Assembly: GCA_976551045.1 (NCBI GenBank) | Contig: CDPCPM010000052.1 | Span: forward strand, 10,044,001-10,108,000 | Direction: 5' to 3' | Source of the DNA: Glaucostegus cemiculus | Lineage: Eukaryota | Length of the DNA: 64,000 bases | In this document: one piece after another, positions 12,811-25,419 of the stretch | How positions within the stretch are numbered: the first letter of the stretch is position 1 | Layout of the letters: every line of letters begins with the position of its first letter | Position numbers and translations under genes: made by a program | The notes under the pieces: generated by a model | Told to the model about the DNA's origin: nothing | Seen by the model: only the letters and a program-made list of their open reading frames with translations | Database searches by the model: none

Positions 12811-13969
12811 GAGTAGCTCATGTTTGTGGTGGGTGGGAAGTGCTTGAAGATAATTTTAGCAGCACTTTAACTGACCGTTGGGCTGCTTTGTGGGGTGTTT
12901 TCACCAGGCACTGGCTGATTTGGCTGTTTTTTTTATCCAGTGTTTTGTTTTGATCACATCGTACAACTATAACGGTTATCAATGTAAGCTGTAATTTACC
13001 GTTAGGACAAGGGAGGCAATTATGTTCCATAATAAACTGTTTCAAAAATAGTTTGAGATCTTTTATTTTGTAAACCATTTTGGTGCATAGGCAGCCTCAG
13101 ACTTTTCCAATGCTTGTACAATAAGCTCTTGTGTAGATTGCTTGAGCCTTGATGAGCAAACTGAATATTCTGAGGTGAAATGGTTTCCATACAAAAAGCT
13201 CTGAAACTGAAGCCTCAGTTTGTGGGATTCAGCACTTATTATCCTGAGGCACGGCAGTAAGCCATTTTCTTGCCCCGCTGTGGCCGTGTGCTGAAAGCAG
13301 CTCCACAATGCTGCTGGGCAGGGACTACTAGGACTCCGATCCAATGACAATGAAGGAATAGTGATATATTTCCAAGTTGGGATGGTGTGTGGCTTGTGGA
13401 GAATCCTAGAAGTGACAGTATTCTCATGCAGCTGAATGTAGAGAATGGTGGGGGACTGGTTTTACTTAACTGGGTGAAAGATCGAACATAGCTCCGTCTG
13501 CAATGTGAGGTCACTATTTTGAATGGCTGCAGTGAGTTATTCCCAAAAATCTGTTTTTTATGTATTGCATTTTGTAGGAGTTTGCTGTGGAGAAATGGCT
13601 GCTGCATTCCCTACATTGCCCTGGTGAATCTACTTCAGAAATTACCTTCTCTTTGAAGTGCCCAAGGCCAGGCTGAGGTGGTGGATAGTGCTTCAGAAAT
13701 GCAAGTTTTTTCTTTCTTTAGAAGCAGGAAGTTGTCCTTGTGTCCTTACCTTAACCACCAACACCATCAGAGGCAGACCAACTTGTGAGTCAGATTACTG
13801 CTAGTGGACTGCTCGGACAGTGGCAGTAACTGTTCTTAAAGGCAATTCCTTGGTACATACTTGAGAACTTCCCAAGGCACATAATAAGTTGTGATACAAC
13901 TGCATAAACTAGAATGCAACCAAAGCTTTACATGAAAATAATCAACTCAATATCATTACAGAATACAAA

Positions 13970-14814
13970 TGCATTTAATACATTAAGATTATAAACAAAA
14001 CCAATCATGTTTATTCCAAGGAGTTACATCATTCCAGTCCTTTCACAAATCCCAGCCACACTTGTGCCACTGAAGTGCATCCACCCTGCCCCGTTCTGTA
14101 AGGTTAAGTGGCAGCGAACTGCATTAATACATCTCATTTACACCATTTTATGGCTTTTGGATCACGGCTGGCTTGTGACAGTCAGTGGGCTGGTTCAGCT
14201 GTCTTGGGAGCAGTTGTTCTATGGGAAGCCAACACCCATACTTTGAACTCAAGCCCAAGTACTACATATGCTTTTAAATCCATGATGATTATTTATTTAG
14301 TCACCTACTTGCAAGTTACTGGACGATAACAGACCATATTGACAGAAATGGCAAGAACAGCTAGTTTTTGAAGTCAGCGGGAAACGATAGCATCCTGCCC
14401 ACATTTCTATCAGTTGAATGTTCCATCATTTCTTATTAAACAAACTCTGACATCCTTAATTGTTATTAAAAGTCTCATTCATTGTCTATGGATAAGTTGA
14501 AGGTTATGTGATATTGGCAGCCAGTGCAAAGCCCCCAGCACCCACCCACCCCCACGACCCAGCTAACCTTCATAACAAGCAAATCTTTTGAAATTTCAAA
14601 TGCAATTTTCAAAAGTTCTATCTTCTAAAGAATCTAAAAGGCAGAAATGTCTTTCACTTTTCCAAAAATGCATTAATGACGGGCTGTATGAGGCACATTC
14701 TAGTTCCACCATTTCACCAACGGGGGTGCCTGTGTCCTTCCCACCCTGCATCCCACTTCCACCACCCCCATACCCGTCTCTTATCCTGCTTCATCCTTGC
14801 AGCTCCAGTGTTTG
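13970..14814 (-). other. PLPP7: Probable PLPP7 3' UTR with polyadenylation signal
   Basis: On the minus strand, AATAAA at 14015-14010 is followed by a GT/T-rich tract (tggttttgttt), with a second ATTAAA near 13975. The segment is free of recognisable repeats. Confidence 0.55.
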
Positions 14815-15201
<387 letters not shown>

Positions 15202-16621
15202 TCACAGGGTCAACAACTTAATCAAACACTTTGTCAAAACACATGAAAGGAAACAATTTACCCAGATATTAAATATATCGTTATGTTGACACATTAGCAT
15301 AATGATAGACTGAAGACAGGAAATTTGCATGAGAACCTGTAAACTGTAATCTCTTTAAATGTATTTTATGTAAATCTATGTATTAGCTAAAATGTCTGAC
15401 TTTATTAAGGAAGTTCTCCCTATATGATAAAAAAGCTTGTGTATTTGTGTTGGTGATCTGGAAGCTAATCTTTAACTGTTGGAGGCTCCAGAATAATCCT
15501 GGAGTGTTGGGAAGCCCTATTCATGGAACTGTTTCAGCATCATTCATAGAAACACAAGTTTCCAGTAAAAGTAACTGATGATTTAGATGGATTGAAGAGA
15601 TAACTGATGGGGAAAGGAATAAAGCATTAAGTCATTAGAGAGCCATGAGATAAACAGAGTGGAGGAGGTTTGTGTGGTGTATTTAACTGACCTGTTTCTG
15701 CCCTATAAAGTCAGTTTGTATAAAGATGGAAGATGGAGAATCTACACTTTACCACTGTTGATTGCACAGGCCCAAAATGGATATTTCAAAACCTGATATG
15801 ACTTGGCCCAGAGTTTAACTAGCAACAGACAGGATGACGGTGGATATTGCTGCAGTTTCTGAAGATTACAGCTTAAACACTGTGCCATTACCAAAATGCT
15901 GGACAGAAAGTTGAGGTTTTGAAAAATATTCAGTGACCTCACTCCTAATGTCACCGGCGTCATCAAATCAGATTCTGGTGAACCAACATTTCAACATCTC
16001 TGGGTCTTGCTGTATTTGCAGAAAGCACATAAGCTATTTTCAGATAACTACTGCTATATATCCTTAGAAGGATATCTTGGGGGTGTTATGTGACACGTTA
16101 ACTTTCTAGCAATTGTATTTACCTATTTTTGATTTGCTCAAACGGCATTGTGCCAAATCAGACAACCCCACAACAATATAGAATTAGTCAAAAAGACATC
16201 TGAAACAGCTTTGGGGTGATTTACACCCAGAGAGAAGTGTTAAATATGACCTGCACAGTCTCTCACAGGAGCACACTGAATGCAGATGACTGTTTGCAGA
16301 GAAGGGAGCACCCTCCCCAGGGCAGCAGCTTGTATTATGGCTGCCATGGAGAAATGAGAAAGGGAGACAGCTCCAGGCCTTTTGGAAAGGACCTTGAGAT
16401 AAATACCATCAGCAAAATCCTATGTGCTGGGGTTGGGGTGGGGAAAAGTGGGCAACAGTCCCAAGTGGACAAACAAGAAGAGCTGGGCAGGAGTGACTGG
16501 AATGGTCTCCTCCAGGAGGGAGAATTCCCAGACAAAGTATTTCTTGTTCTCACTAGATACGTCAAAGTGAACCACTCAAGAATACTGTTTACTTTACTTA
16601 TGCATGTGCACATACACACAC

Positions 16622-16624
<3 letters not shown>

Positions 16625-16691
<67 letters not shown>
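16625..16691. repeat. (CA)n microsatellite, about 33 units
   Basis: Uninterrupted dinucleotide run in the PLPP7 intron. Confidence 0.97.
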
Positions 16692-16694
<3 letters not shown>

Positions 16695-17024
16695 CCTCTG
16701 TCCACAGCCCCACACATCCCACTGAGCCCCTCCACTCCACACAAAAGTCAAGCCTTCAAATATATGATAATGAAATGGTTTAAACAGCACCTTCCATTCT
16801 GCCCAACCACTTGGCCCATGAAGCACCATATGCTTCACCTGTGTGTGGATCCCACATTGGCAGTTGAACTCACAGAACTAGACTGGAAGTAAGTCATCCT
16901 TCACCTCAACTCAATAGCTGGTTGCAGTCTGGCGGCAGATGTGGGGAACTTGCTGAAGGGGCTCACTGGTGAGGGCTACGGGGGCCACACATCATACTGC
17001 CCGAGGACTCAAATGATCCACTTA

Positions 17025-17395
17025 TTTAAGTGGATAGAATGAAAAAGGTAGGATTGTTCCCCTTGGGAAAGAGGAGGTTGCAAGGAGATATAATAGATAT
17101 TTAAAGTCATGAAGGGTATACACAGAGTATAGATAGAGAACAACTGTTCCCATCAGCAGGGGTCACAAACTAGGGGACATAGAATGAAGGTGATTGGCAA
17201 AAGAACCAATAGCAACATGAGGAAGTTTATATATTTTTACTCATCCAATCTAGGAGCACTACTGGGACAGAAGTAGGGGCAGATGCACTTGTACTGAGCA
17301 CAAAGGAGCCTGAAAAGAAACAAATTGCTGTGGGGAGAAGAGGTTGGGAGAGTGGAGTGGAATAACTGGATGTAGACTAACTATTAGCAGAGCTG
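17025..17395 (+). mobile_element. Decayed CR1 3' fragment
   Basis: ggattgttccccttgggaaagaggaggttgcaaggagatataatagatatttaaagtcatgaaggg...actaggggacataga (GLFSLE.RRLRGD...TRGH). Confidence 0.7.
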
Positions 17396-18044
17396 ATGTC
17401 ACATCTTACTCCCCTCTGAAAAGTGGTGATGCAATGATAGTTCATTCAGGATGGACAACATTCCTTGGACAAAAGCTCCCTCATGTTGCCCCTACTGTGC
17501 GTTCAGCCTCCCCATGTCCCAGTGAAAGCTATCATTAGGAATGAGCAACCTCAATAGCATGGTCTGAATTTCAAATGTTGAGATTGAGAATACCAGTTAT
17601 CTTCTGATTCAGTTAAGTTGTAAGGTGACTGCAGTTTTGTTTAATTCTGTTAAGTGTTGGCCACACTCAGGGGCTTCACATTGTGTTAGGATCCCCAACC
17701 CAACAGCTCAGAAACCCATCTGGATGGTGTACAATGGAATTCCATGGTCTCACCATTCTCTGAGTAAATATGTTTAAGCCAGACCAGTGTTTCAAATTGT
17801 TTTTAGTACTGCAGCCTTCCAGTTTACCAGTTCATTGTCGAGGAGTATAAAGCAATGCTAAACTCCTATAAACAATCTGAGTCTTCTCCTCTATAGCTAC
17901 TATAGCTCTATAGCTCTGTTTAGTTTCTGTGTAAGGTGGTAGCACCCATGCCTCTGTGTCACCACATCATTTGTTCATGTCCCACTCCTGAGACTAACAC
18001 ACACAATCTACACTGGACCTCCTGGTGTAGCCCCCCCTCCCCCC

Positions 18045-18270
18045 CTGGAGATTATTTTGAAAGAGAGAAAAGGGGTTCTCCCCAGTATATCAGCCAATAT
18101 TTATTCACTATCAAACCAAATTATCCCGTTGTGGGATCCAGCTATGTGCAAATCACTGACCACATTTCCTTCAACAGTGATGACACTTCATAAATATATC
18201 ATTGGTTATGAAGCACTTCTGGAAGTGCTGAGCTTTGAAAGGTCCCATGAAAAGATATATTTCTTCTCTG
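18045..18270 (+). mobile_element. Deu-domain SINE 3' half
   Basis: ggggttctccccagtatatcagccaatatttattc plus the attggttatgaagcac tail. Confidence 0.6.
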
Positions 18271-18999
18271 TTCATCTTGCTACTTTAGGACTGCAGTTGC
18301 CCAAAAGTGTCTTATTGCAGCATCTTCTCTTCTCTTCCCTCACCCATGATTTTTGTTTCTCCATTTCCATTTAGGTTCTTGGATACCAAGGAATATAAGG
18401 TAAGTGCAGGAAGTTAGGGTTTAGCTAGAAGATCAGATAGGATCTGTTTGAATGGTACAGGGAAGAACAGAACAGGTTGGAAGGACTGAAGAGGCTACTC
18501 CTGATTCTATTTCTTATGATGTTATGCTCCTATTTAAACTGGCACTGAATTCCAGGCACAATCACTGACATCATTTTGATCTTCTTTCCAGTCTCTCATT
18601 TTTTTTCTCACTAATGTTGTGCTGAACTTTGCTTAAAAAAAATTAATGCCAGCAGACTGGTCAGTTCTTATGCCTGCTTTATACAAGGTATAAAGATAGA
18701 TCCAGATTAGATCTACATTTGATCACATCTATTGTGGTATTTCTACCCTGGTGCCAGCATCTGCATTGGACATGAATGGTTGTCAACACAAAAAAAGAGT
18801 CAACAGTTAATAATGTGAGACATGTAAATGAATATTGCCAACTATTTCATCAATTAATTTGTTGAGTTTCATAGTAATAAATAATTTACAGAACCTGTAG
18901 AATAACTCATTTTACAATTTAAATATATTGATATTTGAGCAATTGGTAAAACAGATTTTGAATTCAACTTTCTGATAGACTAGCACATTTATATGGAGC

Positions 19000-19470
19000 C
19001 ATCAACATGGCTGGATGTCATTCTTGTTGTTCTTTCTGTGCTGGCTATTTGACAGATGTAAATGATGTCCCACTCCCCCGCCGCCCCATCAAAGTCCTGC
19101 AAATCTTTCCTTTCTGAGTAATATCTAATTCGCAATTTGAAAAGTTATTATTTCATCTGCTTTCCCACCCTTTCAATGCAATACCCATCAGACCTTATAT
19201 TAAAAATTACTTTTCCTCTTGTCTTTTTGCCAAATTTTATAAATTTGCACCTTCTGACTACTGATTCTCTTGCCTCTATTAAATCTCACTTTAACCTTCT
19301 TTGCTCAAAGGAGAATGACACCAGCCTCTTCAGACAATTTAAGTGCCTCATCCCAGGTACAACTCTAATAAATCTCCTCTACATCAAGCCTAAGGCCTTG
19401 ACAATTCTTCCTGAAGTTTAAAGGCCAAATTGGGACACAGTCCTCCTGCAGTGGCCTAACTAATGGTTTA
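19000..19470 (-). mobile_element. Decayed CR1 3' fragment
   Basis: aaatctcactttaaccttctttgctcaaaggagaa and ggccttgacaattcttcctgaag are reverse complements of the CR1 ORF2 end. Confidence 0.6.
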
Positions 19471-20479
19471 GCATGATTTATACGGTGTCAACAAGGCATG
19501 TGGAATTTTGCTTTTGGCTGGCTTTGGATACCAGAAATATGTTCCAAAAAAAATGACTGGTAATTTTCACAGAACATACATTCCTTAGCTCAGATCTTGG
19601 CAGAAACATTAACCACTCTTTCCCTGTCAGGCGCAGCAAATTTCCGGTATTTATTCAAGATATTCTGAATGGTAACAGGCTGGAATCATTTCATTGATTG
19701 GATTGAAACTATTTGACTATCACCAATGCATCTCCCTCCTACTAAGGTCAATTTTTTACTTGTCCTTTCCCTCGGCATAATTTTAAAATTGAAATTCTTA
19801 TAACTGTCTGTCCAATTAGCTTTCACAATCTAGGGTATCTCAAAGTGCTTTTACAGCCAATTAAACATTTCTGAAATATTGCAACATAAGGAAACATTGC
19901 AGCCAATTTGCACAGAACAATATTTCCCATACAGCAGTGAGGTAAGTGACCAGATAATCCATTTTGGTGATGTTATGTGGGACAGAAAAGGTTGGCTGAT
20001 CACCAAATAACAAACCAATACTAAGTGAAAGGTGAGATTTGCTGACTATTAAGCTATATTGTGTTTTTAATCATAAGCCTAAAAATGTTGCTGATTCATT
20101 GAGGTCTAATGATTAATGTTTAATACATAGAGACATTTAGTTTCTAACATTTATTTTAATCACAGATCAAGAAAACACCCACACTACTGAATTATGTTAA
20201 TGAGGAATAGATAACAATGAACATATGCTTCCCAAAGTCCTCCACCACTGGAGATTACTGATCTCATACCTGGGTCTGTTGTAGAATAACTAGTTGAGAT
20301 TGATTGGAAGATAAATCAAAAACTCCATTGTCATTTGTTCCTCTGACCACCACATTGCTGGGAGGTGGAGCTTGGTCATTTTTTGACTCACAAATCCTTA
20401 ATTTCTATTTTGTTAAAAAAAATAATTAAACAAATGTCTACTGCCCATTCTCAGTTTTTCTTCAAGAAGTGAAAATCAA

Positions 20480-21410
20480 TAAGAACCTGCAGATGCAGGA
20501 AATCTGAAATAAAAACAGAAAACAGTCAGCAGGTCAGGCAGCATCTGTGGAAAGAGAAACAGATAACATTTTAAGTGAAAGGCCCTTCATCAGAACTGGG
20601 AAAAAGAGATTATAAAGTTTTAAGTTAGAGATGGTGGCAGTAAGGATGGATAGAACAAAGGAAATTTTTGTGATGAGGTGAGGTAGGATTACCATGGGAA
20701 TGAGTTGTCTAGTCATAAGAGTTAATGAGGGTGATTATGCTTCTTTGTCTGTGTATTGTGCTTATAGCAGGGCCGTGGGATATGCCCAGCCAGCCAGGTT
20801 ATACTAATGGAGAGAGAAAAACTGAGCCAATATCACAGACGGATGATCATTAGCAGAAATGGCTCGTGCTAATATAGACAGAGCAAGCAAGTTATCTAAA
20901 ATTCAATACTGAGTCTGGAAGGCTGCAAGTGCCCTAATGGAAGATGAGGCATCATTCCACAAGCATGTGCTGGGCCTCATAACAGCACAGGAGCCTATGG
21001 GCAGACAGGCTAGAGATGGAGTGGGATGGAAAGTTAAAGTAGCAGGAAGCTCAGGGTCACTCCAGTGGATTGAATGCAGGTGCTTCACAATGTGATCACC
21101 CAGTCTATGTTTGGTTCCTCCAATATGGAGAGACCACACTGTGAACATCTAATGCAGTACACTATATAGCTGCTTCACTTCGAAAGACTGTTGGGTCCCT
21201 GGATGGTGGGAAGAGACAAGGTAAAAGAACAGGTGCTGCATCTACTGCAGTTACAAGGGAAAGTGCGATAAGGTGGGGAATGGTTGGTGGGGATGAAAGA
21301 GCATACCAGGGAGGCACAAACAGAATAGTCTCTTTGAAAGTCTGAAAGGGGAGGGGTATTTATGTTCAGTAGTAGAATCTTGCTGGAGCTCACAGAAATT
21401 GTGAAGGATG
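20480..21410 (-). mobile_element. Penelope-like retroelement fragment, copy 1 (GIY-YIG endonuclease region plus 3' tail)
   Basis: Minus-strand peptides TFPCNCSRCSTC and LHIGGTKHRLGDHIVKHLHSI; tail ctgatgaaggg...ccacagatgctgcctgacctgctga. Confidence 0.8.
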
Positions 21411-21759
21411 ACCTGATGATTGCAAGGCATTAAGTATGGATCTCAGGATGTGATGAGAACAGTGCCTCAAGAAACACTGGATAGTTTGAACATCCTGGGT
21501 GGGTCTGAATTGTGAAGGGTATTATTTGAGCTGAAATCTGATTGGGATAAGTTGGAACTAAAACTTTGATAAGGAAAGAGATTTGGCCATAGAGGTGAGT
21601 TTTGGTTACAATCTGATTGAAGACTAGAAGGGAAACAAACCATTGAAAGCGAACAAGGCAAAAGAGACAGATGGAAATCCCATCAGAGAATGTAGGAGAG
21701 CGTCATAAAGCTTGGCATTCTTGGAAGAGAAGTGGCAGTGAATTCAACAGTCAATGAAA

Positions 21760-22560
21760 AAGAAAACTGCAGATCAGAAAATAAAAACAAAAATGGTGGA
21801 AAGACTCAGCAGGTCAGGCAGTGTCTGTGGAAAAAGGAACAGCGTTAACATTTCAAGTTGAAGATCCTACAGTGGAATTGGGAAAGAGAGATAAAAGAGT
21901 AGTATTAAATTGCAGAGAAGGTGATGGGAAGGAAGAATAGCTCAAAGATAAGACCTATGATAAAGTGAGGCCAGGATTGCCATGGGAATAAATCATTCGG
22001 TCAAAAGGGTTAATGGAGGCAGATGGTATTTATGCTTCTTTTGTCAGTGTTATATATTGTTAATAGCAGGGCTGTGGGACATGCCCAGCAGGCCAGGCTA
22101 TGCTAATGGAGAGAGACAACCTCAGCTATTATCACAGACGGATGACCTATAGCAGAAATGGCCAGTTCTGATACACACAAAGAAAATTAATCACCTAAAG
22201 TTGGAGATTTTGCTATTAAGTTTGGAAGGCTGCAACATACCCAGTTGGAAGCTGACATGTCATTCCACATGTTTTCAGTGGGTCTTGTTGCGACAGTCCA
22301 GGAGGCCACAGACATATAGGTTGGGACAATTCCTTCCTCCAGATTCCCGCATCTGCAGTATCTTGTGTTCCAGAGTGGGAGTGGGACAGAGAATCAATCT
22401 GGCAGGCAACAGAAAGATCAGGGTTGCTCCCATGGACTGAATACAAGTGCTCCACAATGCAATCACCCAACCTGTGTTTGATATCTCCAATATAGAGACC
22501 ACATTGTGAACAGCGAATGCAGTACATGAGATTGGAAGAAGTGCAAGTGAATCTCTGTTC
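21760..22560 (-). mobile_element. Penelope-like retroelement fragment, copy 2
   Basis: QRFTCTSSNLMYCIRCSQCGLYIGDIKHRLGDCIVEHLYSV is a PLE GIY-YIG motif with its CxxC; the 3' region is colinear with copy 1. Confidence 0.85.
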
Positions 22561-22970
22561 CTTTGTTGTATTCGCTCTGATGATGAGACTTTCCATAGAG
22601 GAGCCTCTGAAGTGTCATATTTCTCCCTGAACCATGGCTTTTCCGCTATCGTAATGGACAGAGCACTTGACCACACCTTGTCTACTTCCACACTTTTGCT
22701 CCCTCTGCCCCTCCTCCAGGATCGAGCAAGGATCAAGTTCCCCTGGTCCTCATCTTACACCTAATTTTGCACTTAATTTCTGCCAGTTCCAACAAGATTC
22801 CACCACCAGACACATATTCCCCAACCCCCCTCCTTTCAGCATTTTGAAGGGTTTTCTCTCTTTGCAACTCCCTGGTCCAGTTTTCCATCCCCAGCAACCA
22901 CTCCCTGTCTTACGACAGTGCAACCACAGATGAGATGTCTGTCATTTCATCTTTTCCCTTCCCACCAATG
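22561..22970 (+). mobile_element. Penelope-like RT/linker fragment, inverted relative to copy 2
   Basis: Plus-strand SDDETFHRGASEVSYFSLNHGFSAIVMDRAL and QFQQDSTTRHIFPNPP correspond to the part that normally precedes the GIY-YIG domain. Confidence 0.7.
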
Positions 22971-23139
22971 TAAGACATCTTATGAGGTGCAGTAATGCAA
23001 GAAATTATACAATGAACAAGATACTGCAGATGCGGGAATCTGGAGGAAGGAATTGTCCCAACCTATATGTCTGTAGCCTCCTGAACTGTTCATTGTATAA
23101 TTATACAATGAAATTATACAATGTGTGATGTAGAAGCAT

Positions 23140-23820
23140 AGAGGGGTCATGGATTGTACATCGGATAATTAAAAGTAGCAGGACAGATCAAGAGGGTGGT
23201 TATATAGAGCATACAGATGCTTCCCTCTACAACCAAGGCACTGAACATCAGAGCAGGAAGATTATACTAGAATAACACTAGTTAGGCTACATTGGTGTGC
23301 TGCATACAGTTCTGATCACCACAATGCAGAAAAGATGTAATTTAGAGGAGATTACAGGAATATTGCCATGACTGGAAAATTACTGGGGTAAGCTTGGATA
23401 GGCGTGGGTTGTTTTCATTGGAACAGAGAAAGCTGAGAGGAAATTTAATTGAAGTGTATAAATTATGAGAGGCCTGGATAAATAGGAAGGAATTATCCCC
23501 CTTGGTAGAGGGATCAAGAAAAAACAAGGGGCATTGATTTAAAGTAATTCATAGAAATATCAGAGGGAAGGTGAGGAAAATATTTTTCACCCAAGGGATG
23601 GTAGGGTCTGGAGCTCAATATCTGAAACAATGGTAGAAACAGAAATCTTAATCATATTTAAAAAGTGCTCAAACGTGTGCTTAAATAGCCATGACGTGCT
23701 GGACTACAGACTAAGAGCTGGGATTACAGCAGGATTAGGGTAAGTAGCTCTTTTTCAACTGGTCTAGACACGATAGACCAAATGTACTCCTTCTGTATCG
23801 TAAAGTTTCTATGATTCCAT
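23140..23820 (+). mobile_element. Decayed CR1 3' fragment
   Basis: tacagttctgatcaccacaatgcagaaaagatg...cagagaaagctgagaggaaatttaattgaagtgtataaaattatgagagg, with tail ttctatgattccat. Confidence 0.75.
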
Positions 23821-24374
23821 GTGGCTCAGTGTCAAGTATTTTCTAAACACGTTTCTGTGAAGTGCCTTGGAACTTTTAACTCTGCTAAAAGCGTTATATA
23901 AATACAAGCTGTCACTGTTGGAATGATAGATTTAAGGCCCGTTCTGCACTTTTATTATCTATCAAACTGATAATTCAGTTTTATCAAATGTACTTCATAT
24001 ATTTTTTTAGTTGGCCTCCAATACACCATCACCAAATTTAAACATCACCCACATACTCTGATCCAAATCAAATTTGCTCTTCATCAGATCTTCATATTTC
24101 TTACGCAACAATAATCCCTTATATTCAAAGGAGAAGTCTAATGTCTCACCAGTAAATTGAGCTAAAATCACTAACTGTATTCATAAGTACGCATGTTTGT
24201 GTAAATGACAGAGAATGAGAAAGCAGTACAGCCAGATATGTGAAAGCAAGTATGACGCTGGTGAAAGGTAGCGAAAGAGAGAAATAGAATCATTTGTATG
24301 GATGTATACATGAGAGAGCTGTATGCAGGTGAATTTGGGAGAGAAATGTGCATGCGAGTGTGAAACAGTCGTAC

Positions 24375-25080
24375 AGGAGACCACCTTCTCCACCCCTGAC
24401 CACACATAGGCAATCCGAACCATGAGTGGTGCAAGGCTGCCGAAGATCTTTCTGCTGACTGCTGTGCAGCACTGATTCAGGTGAATCACCAGCACCAAGA
24501 GCAGGCTGGACTGAACTGATGATGACTTTGGACAGAATCTTGTCACTGCTTATGCAGAAGGGTGATGGTGCCCTTCCTCATGGATTCTAACATATCTACA
24601 GCTGGAATCATGGTGCTCTACAGTCCCAGCAGGTCTGGGCTGATTCAGTCTCACAGAGCCAACTACAACTCAGCTAACAAACCATAGTTTCCAGTAGTCG
24701 TATTTTGCTGTAAAGGAACAGATCGCCAAGTCAGCTTATCCAGAGTTAACTGGTAGTCCAGACTCTCCTGTTTGCTGCCATATAAAAAGCTTTGAGATGT
24801 AGGACAGGAAGTTTTAGGAGCCTATGCTGGCTATGGTCTTGAAATAGTACGGTCCAGCATAGAAGAATATGCAGATTGTTAATACTTCTGGCTGTGAGGA
24901 CATTATAGAGCCATCATCTTCCTTACAGTTGCTGATCATGTCTCATGCTGCTTCACAATGTGGACAATGGATCAGAAGGGCACCAAAGGGAGGCTTTCTG
25001 GCACTTTCATCCTGGAGCTCCTCCTCAACATCCAATCCATGGACTGCAAGAGAAGCAGCTTTTGCATGCTTTTCTAAATG
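24375..25080 (-). mobile_element. Tx1/L1-clade LINE ORF2 fragment (decayed)
   Basis: Hand translation of the minus strand gives KEDDGSIMSSQPEVL..FY, SPDLL, SMRKGTITLLHKQ, KILSKVI and VIHLNQCCTAVSRKIFGSL, following the Tx1 RT pattern (GIITLIYK...YKILSKVIANR...IHPDQTC.VPGR.I.DSL). Confidence 0.7.
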
Positions 25081-25419
25081 TAGAGTTGGTGTAACTGGGT
25101 GGTTGATGGTCAGTGGGTCAAAGGCCCTGTTTCCATACTGTATCTATTTTAGCTCTTTGACTTTGATATAATGTAAATCTTATAAGCAAATCGATGACAT
25201 GTCTTGCACTGTGATTAGCAACATATGAATGTACTGTATTTTGCAAATTTTATGTATAAGGTGTATTTTTGGAAAAAGTAGCACAGGAAAGTGAGAGACT
25301 CTAAAGGCAGTGTTATAAATGTGAGGGAACAAAAATAGATGTATGAATTATCAGAAAATGGATACGTGTAAAAGGTTTGTTAACATGAAATCAAGAATGG
25401 TAGTGATGGTATGTATGAG

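Noticed and set aside
16216-16838. 169-aa and 167-aa ORFs with HT/CV repeats
   Set aside because: Produced by the (CA)n microsatellite.
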